The position numbers and the translations under genes are program-made. From Eledone cirrhosa (taxonomy: Eukaryota): a DNA stretch of 64,000 nt. Position 1 is the first letter of the stretch; every line of letters begins with the position of its first letter. The stretch lies in contig OZ024743.1 in NCBI GenBank assembly GCA_964016885.1, positions 349,618,001-349,682,000 on the forward strand, in the 5' to 3' direction. The notes under the pieces were generated by a model, which saw only the letters and a program-made list of their open reading frames with translations, was not told the DNA's origin and did not search any database. Shown one piece after another: positions 39,176 through 53,199 of the stretch.

Positions 39176-40861
39176 TTGCTTTATCAGTCTCATCGATCTT
39201 TCTATTCGCATGCCTGTCCTGATCTTGTTGGCGTTGGCCACTATCTTGATCACCTTCTTCGGCTCTCCTTAGCCGTGCTTTCTTTCCACTATCGATGTTT
39301 TCTTTCTCCTACGTCGAGGCACTATTTAAGAATCAAAAATTGTATTCACCTTAGAAAAAATTCCTATTACCTCAACAAATATTTTTTTTAAATCATTATT
39401 CAGAAATATTTCTAAATAATGAAAATATTGTCTGTTTAAACAACTCGTATTTTTCAAATCATATTCATTTAAAAAATACTTATTAATACGTAAAATATTC
39501 TGTTTAAAGAAAGCTGAAATATATATACTCGGTGTACAAATAATTTGTATTTTTTAAGTCATTTTCACTTAAGAATATTTTTTTTTAGTTTCAAGAAATA
39601 TTTTTTCCATCTTATTCACTTGAAAATAATTTTTAAAAAATGAAGATAGTGTCTATGTAAATAAAGCTATTTGTGAAATCAAATTCACTTTAAAATATTT
39701 CTAAATAATTGAAATATTCTTTTTAACAAAAGCAAAAATATAAACACCTATTGTTTAACACCAACTGGTATTTTTCAGTGATTTTCACTTAATGCTATTC
39801 TGATAATTAAAATATCGTCTGTTTAAAGAAAGCTCAAATATAGATACTTAAAGTACAAACAACTTATAGTTTTGAAATCATATTCACTGAGAAATCACTG
39901 AAAAATCTTTTTTTAATAATTATTAAAAATATTTCTCGAATGATGAAAATAGTTTATGTCGATTTACGTCAAACTTATTTTATCCCAATTTCAGTGTTAT
40001 ATCACTTACAGGGCTATTTTTCCATTATGCACCGTTTTGGCTATTTACGAAGGTATCCTACACACACACAAATATACATATATGTCTCTAACTTAAGTAC
40101 TGTTACACACATACATACACACACACACACATGTCTCTAAGTACGTAAACACATGCACTGGTACACATACACATACAGATACACACGGTCGCAGTAGAAC
40201 TGTGAAAGAGAGAGAAAGAAATAACGTTATGAATAGGTGTGGGGGGGGGGGGGGTTAAAATAAATAAAAGTTAAGGACGCTGTCTCTTTCCCTATCTGTC
40301 ATCCCCTCTCTCTCATCCCCTCACTCTCTCTCTTTCTCTCACTCATCCTCACTCTCTCTTTCTCTCTCTCACCCCTTCTCTATCTCTCTTACCTACAGAA
40401 TGAACAACCAAAAAACAAACAGATTATTTCTTTCGATATTCATTATAAAATAAGATAAATTGAATTTAGATGAATTCTTTGCTATTTTTTGAAAATTGAA
40501 AATATTTTCCATGTGCGATTTACGCCAAACTTGTTTTATTCAGAGTATTTTCCCATTATGCAATGTTTACGCTATTTACGAAGTTTTGCAGGGTTATGTT
40601 AATTTCGAGGTATTTTCCCAGTATGCACCGTCGTGGCTATTTACCAAGGTACCCCCAAAACCCGCGAATCTCGGGAACCCGGGGTCAGATTTTCGCTAAA
40701 CTTGTTTTATTCAATTTGTATTCCCATTTCAGAGGCAACTTGCTTTCAAAGTATTTACCCATTATGCGCCCTTTTGGCTGTATTACATAACAGACAAGCA
40801 AGCACGCAAGCACGCAAGTAAGCACGCACGCAAGATCAGAGTTTTAGTAGTAGTAGTAGTA

Positions 40862-40917
<56 letters not shown>

Positions 40918-41179
40918 AATAACTCCCTCTGGTCGAGCAATCTTTGAAGTGTGGGGACTGCTGGAAAGCTTCCATTACTCATACTTCTTGCCTCCTTCAC
41001 CACCTCTTCTACGGCTTCGATATAAATACCCCCTCCGCCTCCGTGGTATTTTCTTCGGGGTTATAAGAGGCTTAGCTCTGTTTCTCGACCGTTATATCGC
41101 GTGACTATCTCCCCCTCCGCCTTTTGGGATTTTTTCTCACGTCGTGTAGACGCGTTCTTGAGACTAGTAAAATGAGGTA

Positions 41180-41269
41180 TCCTCTTGATAAGTCGGCAGA
41201 CCTCGCAAGGACTCTATATCTTTATGATGTATTGTTTTTGTTTATGCCACGAAACTACGTAGTCGAGGA
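41180..41269 (+). ncRNA. Degenerate hammerhead
   Basis: tcctc TTGATAA gt-cggca...tgcc-ac GAAA ctacgtag TC gagga; two core transitions. Confidence 0.65.
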
Positions 41270-41500
41270 ATCTAGGAGCAGTTTAGGTATGATACATTTT
41301 ATTACTAATTATATCTAAATGTTTCTTCTCTCTTCATAATGTATTTTTAACTCTGATACTGGTTCAGTCTGGTTCAACTGGATTGGACTGTCCCAGTCAT
41401 TCATTGAGCAACATCGGTGAAGTTGGCACCCTTAACTCACGGTTGGGTGCGGATGCATTCATGTATATGTGTGTGTCCGCATGTATCTGTGTGTTTCTAA

Positions 41501-41591
<91 letters not shown>

Positions 41592-42083
41592 ATGTATATA
41601 TATTTATACACACATACTTATACCGATACATACAGACATAGACAGACAGACATCAGGAGTAATTGGTTGAATGATTAAAATTATTTTACAGCTCAAATTG
41701 AACGAACCGATTCCAACAAGACTTAATCATTCGGGTTAGTAAATCTAAGGCAATGTCTAGTGCAAGGACACATTGTATTTAGATAATATATTTTAATGGT
41801 TTGGAAGAAATTTAGGTCATTTTCATTCATCTGAGGCGCGCTTCATCAAATTAGCATGTGAAGATTATAACTAACAGAAAATTTCAGTACAGAGAAGTAC
41901 ATCCGGATCGAAGTATAATACTTAAAACTCAACTCAACACATATTGTCTGCATCTAATTGTATCTCGAGATATATATGTAAAAATACGCAGCAATTTTAG
42001 ACGCAAGTCCCCATGCGCAAGTATATGCGTACATGCTGGTGTATATATATATGCGTGTATGTGTGCGTTTGTGCATGAGTGTG

Positions 42084-42116
<33 letters not shown>

Positions 42117-42324
42117 ATGTGTGTGAGTATATAACTCGGTAATATGCCGGCGATGGCTATTTGCGTTTGGTGATGATGTAATTTTGTCTTTAATCAGCTA
42201 TACTCGATTGGACGTGTGATCAAAGGCTTTCAGTGGCATATGACCATACCATTCATATGGTCTTTCTTTGTCTACAGACAGTAGGGAATGATTTGTGGAA
42301 GATTTGGCTGTTGTTTCTAAAAAG

Positions 42325-42783
42325 GTGAGAAATGAAATTTCGTTTCATTTTTTCCATTTATCGTTTTCGGTGCGTCCGGCCGATTAACTCACTCGATATG
42401 CAAATTAAGCTGCTCAGCCGTTAATATGCGTGAGGAAAGTATATACTTTCAGACGTTCAATCATCTGGCAGGAAGGTATACGGTGCTGACGATAGCTAAT
42501 AAGCTTGAAACTTGTACATTGTTTCTTTGTCAGTGTTGAACAAAAGGGCAACGATGGTTGCTAAACACTTTACGGCTTGATTCGGGATGTTTGTTTACAA
42601 ACACACCGAGCATTATAATAAATGTTCGGTAAATCCATACGTACATATATAGGTGTCCATGTATGTATATATATATACTTACTACTGTACGTCTGTATAC
42701 ATATATGTATGTACGTATACATACTTATATTTAATTAACAGCCGTACTAAGAGTGAGAAATGAAATTTCGTTTCATTTTTTCC

Positions 42784-42790
<7 letters not shown>
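42325..42790 (+). mobile_element. Retrozyme-like ~428-bp unit with 36-bp terminal redundancy
   Basis: gtgagaaatgaaatttcgtttcattttttccattta at 42325 and 42753; HHR inside; no ORF. Confidence 0.6.
42481..42521 (+). ncRNA. Minimal hammerhead ribozyme
   Basis: cggtg CTGACGA t-agct-aata-agct-t GAAA cttg TA cattg. Confidence 0.75.
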
Positions 42791-42814
<24 letters not shown>

Positions 42815-42829
42815 CGACACTGACATATC

Positions 42830-44340
42830 TTTAACGACACTGACCATCACGTCGATTTCACCATCGAACACCCTGAAGAAGACGGGTCACTCGCCCTCCT
42901 CGACTTCCGTATCAACATCTCGGAAGAAGGAAACATAAACACCACCTTCTACCGCAAGGCAACGTGCAAGGACATATTTGTGCATTACAACTCAGCCCTC
43001 CCCAACAAAGCTAAGAGAGGCTATGTCCTAAATGAACTTATACGGATCACTAATAGATGCAGCGACCCGATGGGTGGTCTCACCCATACCACGCAATTCC
43101 GTAATCTACTCAAGTCTAATGGATATCCCAAGCGACTGATTAACGGAATTAGAGACCCCAGACCCAATAGACAGACACCCACTAGAAACTTAGATAAATA
43201 CAAGTGCTTCTTTAAAATCCCTCACCTGAGTGAATATACCACGAACGCCATCCGCAGGGCCATACGGAGGGAGGGACTTGATATACATTTGGCCCACACA
43301 GAACCTGCGCTCCGAAGATGCCTCTCCACCAAACCCGACGAGTCAGATGGGACGTGTTCCCTCAGCAACTGCCCGATACGGGGGGCAGATTGCCTACGCA
43401 CCGATGTCGTATATAAGATTCAATGCGATAAATGTAACAAGTTTTACATAGGTAGCACCATCCGACCCCTACATGTTCGTATCAAGGAACATGTCAACAC
43501 CAACGCATCTTCCTTCCGTAAACACATCCTTAAATGCGGAAACCCACAGGGCAGACCCTTGGTCACAGTCCTAGCGACTAAACGCAGCATCGGATCCTTA
43601 AGGCTAAAGGAAGCACTTGTTATTAAGAACCTCAGACCCCCACCTAACAACCGGGCTGAGAGAAATGAGCTGACATGGCTAATCTAACCATAGTAGCCCC
43701 TACGGCCTACTATCTTTCACACACACGCACTTATATGTATACCCATACACACATACACACACACACACACACATCTATATTTATACACGCACACATGTTT
43801 ATACAACCTACCACCTTTCACACCCTTTGCATTCCAGCTTCTACGGCCCACTATCTTTCACACACACACACTCACATACATACACACATACACATATACA
43901 CACACAGTTACACACACATATATATTTACACACACATATTTTACGGCTTTCACGCGCTAGCGCACCCTATTTATCTAAACCAATTGGTCAGTAGCTTTTG
44001 CCACAGCCTATCACGCGCACGCGCACTCTTTCCCTCGTTTGAATTTTCCCCATAACGGCATTCCTATGTTTTAACGACAATACAACTTTCTCCGGCTTAG
44101 CCTGTTCCCCCCCTCCCCCTTTTGGAACTTTCCCCCCGTTGATGGGCGTGAGCCCGAAATATTGGGATTAAATCTCCACTACGGTAATCCTTCTACCTTT
44201 GTTTTGTTTTCGTTCTCTCATTTTTCACTTTTCTCCTATTTCTTACTCACTTCCTACCTCGACATTTCCCATCTGCATTGTTGTGGCTTTCTAAACTACA
44301 TATTTTACATATTTCACAATGCTTCAAGCAAACTTTAACA
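42830..44340 (+). mobile_element. 5'-truncated PLE of a second clade (RT thumb plus GIY-YIG ending at 43687; degenerate HHR 44131-44167)
   Basis: LLDF..FYRK..HYNSALP..NGYP..VVYKIQCDKCNKFYIGSTIRPLHVRIKEH..LKEALVIK; CCGTTGA t-gggc-gtga-gccc GAAA ta TT ggg. Confidence 0.85.
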
Positions 44341-44345
44341 CCCTC

Positions 44346-44499
<154 letters not shown>

Positions 44500-45202
44500 A
44501 TGTCTATATACTCTCTATATATATACGTATGATATTGACGAATATGAGAATGAGAATTCCCTACTATAGTAGAGTTCAAATGTTCTTTATTATGGCTGAG
44601 TGGTGAATCATGATTCTAATGAAGTCTTGTATGTGAAATTGAGTTGACAGAAACTCCATGGAAGCCCAAATCGGAGATGCATGTGAAAGATACCGGCAAT
44701 AATAAAGAAATACATTGAACACGGCATAACATATGGGAAACAGTTCTGTAAATATAAAGAAAATAAGGAATTATAAAACACCGCATTTTACATCAGAAGA
44801 GAAATATTCGATGCTGACTTCCTCCTCTCTTCATTAATTTTCCAACATGGCAAATCGGAATCCACCTGGTTACAGATGCAATTTTTGTCATATGGACGAG
44901 CCGATTTAGAATGCTGCAGAAAATAAAACAACTAGAAACACTACTACATATAATAGGTTGATTCAGCAAAAACATTTATGGAAAATTCATGTAAGAAATA
45001 TTCCTCAAGAATTCACATACACATTAGACTAATACTTAAAAAAGAACTAAATGGGAAACAAAACAGGTAATGAGCATCAATAATTTAGCTGTCGCAGTAA
45101 TTAGTTGTAGTTTTAATAGCTTCAACTTCGCTCTACATGATCTGGCATAACTAGAAAAAAGTAATGGCTGCGTTTAGAATACATGACCGAAAATACAAGC
45201 AA

Positions 45203-45417
45203 TAATTGTTTCTACGTTAGGCACAAGGCCAGCAATAACCCAGTGTATCACTGGTACTTTATTTTATCGACCCCGTACGGATCTAAGTTCTATACGATCT
45301 AAGTTCAAATACCGCCGAGGTTGACTTTCCCTTTCATCCTTACGGGGTCGATAAAATAAAGTACCAGTAATGCACTGGGTAATTGCTGGCCTTGTGCCTA
45401 AAGTAGAAACAATTATT
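45203..45417. mobile_element. Two SINE 3' halves fused head-to-head (palindrome)
   Basis: 45203-45277 is the reverse complement of 45341-45417. Confidence 0.85.
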
Positions 45418-45427
45418 TAACAATAAT

Positions 45428-45866
45428 AATGATTTCTACTACAAGGCCAGTAATTTTTATATGGGGTGGGGGGTCGATTTAATCGACCGCAGTACGTTAC
45501 TGGTGCTTTATTTTATTGACCCCGTAAGGATGAAAGAGAAAGTTAACTTCGGCGGGATTTGAACTCAGATCATAAAGGGCTGTAACTCTATGTTACAAAG
45601 CATGGTGTCCGACTCTCTACCGTTACTGCCAATCCACCGCCCTAAATAATGGTTTCTTATATAGGCACAAGGCCAGCAATTGGGGGGAAAGGAAAGTCGA
45701 TTAAATCGACTCCAGTGCGTGACTGGTACTTTATTTTATCGACCCCGAAAGGATGAAAGGCAAAGTTAACCTCAAGGGGATTTGAAATCAGATCATAAAG
45801 GGCCGTAACTCTATGCTGACAAAGCATGGCATTCGATCCTCTACCGATACGGTCAATCCACTGCTC
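45428..45866 (-). mobile_element. Two tandem long-tail SINEs
   Basis: Family match at 45428-45642 and 45648-45866. Confidence 0.85.
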
Positions 45867-46282
45867 TTATGCCCCATATTAATGCAACTAGAAAATTAGT
45901 ATCACATATTATAACATAAATATCAAGGAAAGAAAACAGAATGTGAAGAGAGTATAACAAAGACGATAGAAATGTTTAAATATAACCCGAGCTCAAGCTA
46001 CAAATGAACAAGCAGCTCCACGAAAGAATAAATGCAAAATGTCTTCTCAATAAAGTTTGTCATAGCTGAATATTAAATGAGCGAATGACTTAATCTATTC
46101 AGTGGCAGTAGAAGTATTGAGAAAAGGTGAGCTTCGTCTTTATACAGCACGAGGAACGTATTAGTTAAGAACAGAAGAAATATATGGATGCCTTATGTCA
46201 AACACCACTCCGAAGGAGCTCAAAAATCTATCAAATGAGAGGAATCATCAATCTGAAATGAATTCAAAACAGTATCCAAATA

Positions 46283-46467
46283 ATTGTTTCTACTTTTGGC
46301 ACAAGGCCAGCAATAATCCAGTGTATTACTGGTACTTTATTTTATCGACCCCGTAAAGATGAAAGGCAAAGTTAACCTCGGCGGGATTTGAACTCAGATC
46401 GTAAAGGGACGTAACTACGCGGGAAAGCATGTCTGACCCTCTACCAATACTGCCAATTCACCGCCCG
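46283..46467 (-). mobile_element. tRNA-derived SINE
   Basis: Family match; TSD gtatcca(t)aataat. Confidence 0.88.
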
Positions 46468-47164
46468 TATCCATAATAATGTTATTGTATGTCAATGAAG
46501 AGCATGAATTAAAACATATAAAAAAAACCTATCAGAGCTCATAAATCAACACTGTTCAAATTCAAGTCTTGGGTCGATCCGAGACTATAATAAATGACGC
46601 TCATCTAAGATGCCACACAGGGGTATCAACAGAGGACCTTAATTGCAAAGCGAAACTTGTAACCATTTGACTATGTGGCATCTGCCTCAACACAATCACA
46701 GCTTAAGCAGCTTAAGTTATAATTGATATATGACACTATATTACATCGCAAACCCTGTCAATATCTAATAATAAAACACTCAGTGATATAGAATAAATGC
46801 CCAAGTATATTATGTTCTGTCAATTCACTGCAACAAAAAGACGAAACCCTAAAATAATACTAGAATCAACACTTTAATAAAAACAGATGTAGCAGACAGC
46901 CTCAATAATATATATTCCTACCGTGACCATCCTGTTTCCTTTTCGTTTTCAGCCTGTTGATTATATTATTCAATATGTCCTTCTTATTCTAATGCAGTAA
47001 TAAGTAATTTGAGGGCTATCTGGCTGCCCTCTTCTAAATAGTTGTGTGACCTTACGAGGCTAGTTATTTTGTATTTTCTTTTACCAGTAACAAACGTTCG
47101 AGTATAGCTAGAAGAAAAGTTTTTCTAGCAGTAACCATACCATCTTTCCATTAGGCATGGTGTG

Positions 47165-47590
47165 TATCATCGTCAACCGTTGTTGGACATAGACCATGTC
47201 GGAGCTGCCCCATCTTTGCCGATTCTGAGATATTGATGGCCCAAATTGTTCAATTTGATTGAGTTCGTCTCGCCACTTAGTTTTCTAGTGACATCGGTTT
47301 CTTGTGTGACCTTGTGAGGTCCGGAGTGTGACGTGTGTAGTCAATATGTTTTCGCTCATTCTGGCATGGTACCCCACCCACTTCCATTTTGCTTTACTAA
47401 TGATTTCCAGGATATCATGGACATTTGTTTATTCTCAGATTCATTCAGCGTTTTTTTTTATCGCGCAATGTGATGATTAACATGATCCTTTCGTGGGCTC
47501 TTTGCATTGTTCATAGTCTAAGAGTTTTCATTTTTGCTAGGTTCCATATTTCTGATCTGTATAAGACAGTCGCCAGAATACACTGGTTAT
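47165..47590 (-). pseudogene. RTE-clade LINE ORF C-terminal fragment
   Basis: Minus strand reads VLYRSEIW...QRAHERIMLIITLRDKK...KAKWKWVGYHAR...KWRDEL. Confidence 0.7.
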
Positions 47591-48261
47591 AAACTTGACG
47601 TTTCAAGACGATTGGCATGTCTTAGTTCTTGAAGATGGCTCCTCCTTTTCCAAAGGCCTCTCACCCCAGAACTATAAAATCGATCCACAATTCCAGAAGA
47701 ATAAGAAAGAAATCTCAACAACAACGACATCACCATCACCGATTCAAACAACAATATTATTATTCCACTCAAAGCCGCAGCAAAACAGTGGAAGTTAAAA
47801 AAAAAAAAAAGCCAGCAAGTTCTCAGAGGAAAGAAAGAATCTCGTATAAAAACGGAGAATCGTCAAACCTCTAATAACAGCCAGGGAAAAGATTGAAGCA
47901 ACAGAAATTAACAAAACATTCCAAAAGAAATAAGTAACACTCATCCCTAAAATCGTAAAACAATGGAAAGGCTTCAAAATTGCAAAGGAGGAATTAAACG
48001 AAGGAAAACTGCAATTCACAGGTGGGTTGAGATCGAATAATTGAAAAGACGAGATCTTCGAAAAACTGTATTCAACAGACATGTGTTTGTATATAATCAT
48101 GTGTCGCCTTTCTTTTAAAAAATATTTTCCATTTGATACTTCGAAGAAAATGTATAGAGTTATTTCTTTCCAGTTTTTAAGATTGCAAAATGAAGGGAAA
48201 CTTGTAATTATTATTGTCGCTGTCAATGATACTTACACGTTTCCCTTGATTTTGCAATCTG

Positions 48262-48450
48262 TGTTGATTGGCAGTATCGGTAGAGTGTCAGGCACCATGC
48301 TTTTAAGCAAAGAGTTATGCCCCTTTCCGGTCTCGGTTCAAATCGCGCCGAGGTTAAGTTTGTCTTTCATCCTTACGAGGTCGATAAAATAAAGTACCAG
48401 TAATGCACTTGGATAATTGCTGATCTTGTGCCAAATGTAGAAACAATTAT
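48262..48450 (+). mobile_element. tRNA-derived SINE
   Basis: Family match. Confidence 0.85.
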
Positions 48451-48779
48451 TGTTGTCGCCGTCGCTGTTGTCGTTATCGTCGTTGTTTTTGTCATCATGG
48501 TACTCCTGATTGTTTATTTGCTTCTGATTACAATATATCTTACATTTCTAATATTTATTTATGAAACATTATTTTAGATTTCATTTTATTTATTTATTAC
48601 AAAAAAGTAAAAAAATATTGCTTCAAGAATTAGTGTCCGATTGTACTGGGGGAAGGAAAAAGAAAATGAAAAGAAGAAAAAAAGAAGGATGAAGCAACGA
48701 AAGAAAGGGAGAGGGTGAGGGACAGTCGCTACTCCCCAGTCTGAGCGGTGGCACAGCCTCGCCCTATGGACAAAACGGC

Positions 48780-49320
48780 AAAAGGAAATCAACATTGTGT
48801 GAACACATGACGCCACGGCTCTCCACGGAAACCTGTGCAAAGAGGAAGTGGACGGTCTGGCCTCGGGATTTGACTATCTCCCCACCTACGCATTGCAGGC
48901 AGCAGAACCTGGTTTTGTGGTCGAAGCGACAATGTTGGAGGCAGAGAACACACCGCTGCATGATCTTCACAAATTATAAATTTCCCCCCCTCGAAAGAGG
49001 AGAGTCAATCTGTCGAGGCGCTTGCTATCAACAGGGTCAAGGCCAGCCGGTACCAATTGTGAAGAGAGACTGACTGTGTCAAGGCTCCTGATGATATTGT
49101 TCAGAGCAGCGTACCAGGGAAGCCGGCCTACACTAGGGCGGCAAGATAGTGTCTGGAGACCGAAATCAACTACCTCTGTCCCACAACGGCATCTGTATGG
49201 GTCATACACGCTGTGCCACTCCAATGCTGGTGTACTCCGTATCACGAAGCGTACTCGTTGATGAGGAAGGCACCAAATGGAGCCAAACGCTACTGTTTGG
49301 TTGAGAGGCGGAGCTGAGGC
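48780..49320 (-). pseudogene. CRE-like (restriction-like endonuclease) non-LTR element C-terminus
   Basis: CRCG...GLQTLSC..GR....LNNII...PAGL...DSKRLD.LTL matches the zinc knuckle plus PD-(D/E)xK region of CRE/NeSL elements. Confidence 0.65.
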
Positions 49321-49559
49321 AGGCGATACAGCATTGCTCCTATTTTATCCATCTGAAGCTTATAACACGTTATCCAATGTTTGCTTTTTTCCTTAATATA
49401 ACAGGACATCATTTGAGGGGAATTCTCTTCTATGACACTCTACGTGGTTCCCAAACAACATTTATTCATGGTGAACAAGTAAAAATATTTAGGTTGCTTG
49501 TTGTGCTTAAATTTCAAAAATGTATTTGCATAGCATGAAGTAGAAATATAGATTAATAA

Positions 49560-49653
49560 TTGTTTCTACTTTGGGCACAAGGCCAGCAATTATCCCAGTG
49601 TATTACTAGAACTTTATTTTATCGACCCCGTATGGTGAAAGGCAAAGTTAACC
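49560..49653 (-). mobile_element. SINE 3' half
   Basis: Family match; TSD aatatagattaataat. Confidence 0.8.
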
Positions 49654-49944
49654 TAATATAGATTAATAATAATACAGAAAAATTATTTGTACTTCTTTAA
49701 TTAATGAATGGAACAAAGTTATCAACTAGAAATATACGCTTGGTTGTTTTCATTATTAGTTCCCCATTTTGAGTCATATAGGAACTTTATTTACGAATTT
49801 CAATATTTTCTTTTTTTTATTCTGGAAAAAAAAAGAATAAAGAAATAAAAAAAAGAATAAGGAAAGATTGCCGTATAGATTCCAGTAGTGATTCCTTTTA
49901 AAAGTGATCTGTTGCTGTCGCCTGTTGTATTTTATAATTGTATA

Positions 49945-50126
49945 ATTGTTTCTACGTTAGGTACAAGGCCAGCAATTACCCAGTGCATTTCTGGTACTTT
50001 ATTTTATCGACCCCGTAAGGATGAAAGGCAAAGTCAACCTCGGCGGGATTTGAACTGAGATCGTAAAGGGTCGTAACTATGCTGGAAAGCATGGCGTCCG
50101 ACCCTCTACTGATACTGCCAATCCAC
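49945..50126 (-). mobile_element. tRNA-derived SINE
   Basis: Family match; TSD gttgtattttataattgt. Confidence 0.9.
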
Positions 50127-50753
50127 GTTGTATTTTATAATTGTTCATGTTGATAGTTTATTATGAATAGTTGCTAATGTAGTATACAAATAGATATATC
50201 AACTAGATAAATAGTATTACATTAGTGCTGATGTTAGTGGAGAGGAAAATGGGATATGGGAGGATAATGTGTTAATGTGTTCTCGTGTTTTTGGTGATGT
50301 GGTTACTTGAGTTATTAGTGCGATAATTGCTAAAAGTTTATGCTATTACTAAATTAAACAATATATAGAGTTAATCCCCTTGAACGTTTAAGGGAGGCAA
50401 TTCTGTCAATTCTTGCAAAGAATAGATTATATATGAAGCAGTCATATAAAATGTTATACAGGATATTTATGAAAAATATTTAAAATAGTCATCATCATCA
50501 CACAAACACCTCAGCAGCCCTGTCTTAGCGACGTTATACTTTCATTTAACATTTAACATCTTAGTGAAGTTATACTTTCATTTAACATGGCACAGAATTA
50601 ATGGAGACGTTATAACTGCAGATGAAACGTCTCACAATGTTTATTTCAGCCAGTTTTGAGTTTAAATCCAAATGATAATAATTTTTCCTTGCTTCATTTC
50701 GGAGTAGTTAAAGTCTCAGTCATGTACAGATGTAAAACATGTTCTTCTTCAAT

Positions 50754-51366
<613 letters not shown>

Positions 51367-51508
51367 ATATATATATATGATGGGGTCATTCCACTACTAT
51401 GGCTTTAAAGAATCTGCTTGCATAATTACAAACGAATATTATTATTAATATTCGATAAACTTAGATTATATTTATTGTATTCAGCCATGTAGAGTAATAA
51501 ACAATTTG

Positions 51509-51558
<50 letters not shown>

Positions 51559-51715
51559 TTACATATGTATATGTATATATATACATATATATGCATATGT
51601 ATATATATATATATACATATATATGTATGTAAAAGGTAAACAGAAATAATAACACAATCGATACAGTATGTGGAAGGGATATATTAGGTTAACGCTTGAT
51701 ATAGCAGGAAGAGGG

Positions 51716-51751
51716 TCTTAACGTTTCGGACGCTAATCCTTCATCAGAAGA
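51716..51751 (-). ncRNA. Minimal hammerhead ribozyme (AACGTT dimer type)
   Basis: tctt CTGATGA a-gga-ttagcg-tcc GAAA cg TT aaga. Confidence 0.75.
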
Positions 51752-51878
51752 AAAGATGAGAAATAAGATAGATTGAGGGGACGGGCGGGTTGGAACTGGA
51801 AGAAATGTCTTTAGATAAAAATAACAGATCCATTCATGTTGACATCTCTTGCAAAACTATTGGTGCTGGCGTTTTGTG

Positions 51879-51941
<63 letters not shown>

Positions 51942-51991
51942 TAATGAAATGACAGGAGGCTGGATTTGTGTAAATCCTTGAAAGGTATATT

Positions 51992-52049
51992 ATACTATGA
52001 TCATTTCAATAACCGGGTTCCGTATGAATCCGGTGATATCATCAGGTAT
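51992..52049 (-). ncRNA. Hammerhead ribozyme
   Basis: Reverse complement of 52172-52229. Confidence 0.8.
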
Positions 52050-52171
52050 TCGAAATATAATACGTGAATCTAATAGATAAAATCCATGGGGCTGAAAATA
52101 GCGGTCGCCCTCGGGTCCTCGATTTTCAGCCCCATGGATTTAATCTTTTACATTCACGTATTATATTTCGA

Positions 52172-52229
52172 ATACCTGATGATATCACCGGATTCATACG
52201 GAACCCGGTCATTGAAATGATCATAGTAT
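52172..52229 (+). ncRNA. Hammerhead ribozyme
   Basis: atac CTGATGA tatcaccggattc-atacg-gaacccggtcatt GAAA tgatca TA gtat. Confidence 0.82.
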
Positions 52230-52423
52230 AATAAACCTTTCAAGGATTTACACAAATCCAGACTCCTATCATTTCATTATAATATTTAACTCCGTAATAG
52301 CACCACCAACTACAAAAACAAAGACGGTTGAACTGCTTTACGTTGAGTACTCTCTATATTATTACATTACGATTGACCATACGGAATAGACCAGCTCTAT
52401 ACAGTGGTGAACCTCAAACCTGA

Positions 52424-52458
<35 letters not shown>

Positions 52459-52486
52459 ATAGAAGAAGAAGAAGAAGAAGAAGAAG

Positions 52487-52518
<32 letters not shown>

Positions 52519-52581
52519 GAAGATTTTATATTTCCCCATTTCTTTCATTTTCTTTCTCTCTCTCTCTCTCTCTCTCTCTCA

Positions 52582-52654
<73 letters not shown>

Positions 52655-52970
52655 ACACACACACACACACACACGTGCACATACACACACATACACGCAC
52701 ACACTCACACACACATACATGTAAAGACACAATATACAAATACGCGTATATTTTCAGGATTCGCAATTTGTTCCACGTTTCTTGAATATGATTTATTTTT
52801 TGATCATGCATATGGCTAAGAGATTAGACTTTAAAATGAGAGGTAAGTAGCCAGTTTCACTTTGCTGCAAATATAGTTGTGCGCTATATGGCCGATGAGG
52901 GTTCGATTACAACACCCGGTGTATTTGATCATAAATGGAAAAATCTAATTCATTATCCAAATGCATGTGC

Positions 52971-53148
52971 ATTGGCAGTATCGGTAGAGGGTCGGACGCC
53001 ATGCTTTCCAGCATAGTTACGTCCCTTTACGATCTGAGTTCAAATCCCGCCGAGGTTGACTTTGCCTTTCATCCCTACGGGGTCGATAAAATAAAGTACC
53101 AGTAATGCACTGGGTAATTGCTGGCCTTGTGCCTAAAGTAGAAACAGT
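52971..53148 (+). mobile_element. tRNA-derived SINE
   Basis: Near-consensus copy. Confidence 0.9.
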
Positions 53149-53199
53149 TATATTAAAAATCAAATAGAAAATTCTATTGTTCGACTTTAGTAAGTGGAG

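Larger units (their letters stand above)
34822..39290 (-). pseudogene. Helitron Rep (HUH)-PIF1 helicase, frameshifted
   Basis: FFITMRCNPNWPEI, EYQKRGLPHVH, YVIKCTMKG, GGTGKT, LIVWDECPM, GDFRQLLP, TIHKAQGQT, HGQLYVALSR. Confidence 0.93.
34033..40860 (-). mobile_element. Helitron, near full length, decayed
   Basis: Minus-strand 3' end CATGACCC-AAC-GGGTCACG hairpin plus CTAG (34033-34061); Rep-helicase ORF fragments; 5' end ACTACTAAAACTCTGATC near 40850; inserted in (TA)n. Confidence 0.9.
51936..52425. mobile_element. Fold-back pLTR element with two opposed hammerheads
   Basis: Inverted repeat 51936-52098 / 52124-52287; bounded by (TA)n. Confidence 0.85.
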
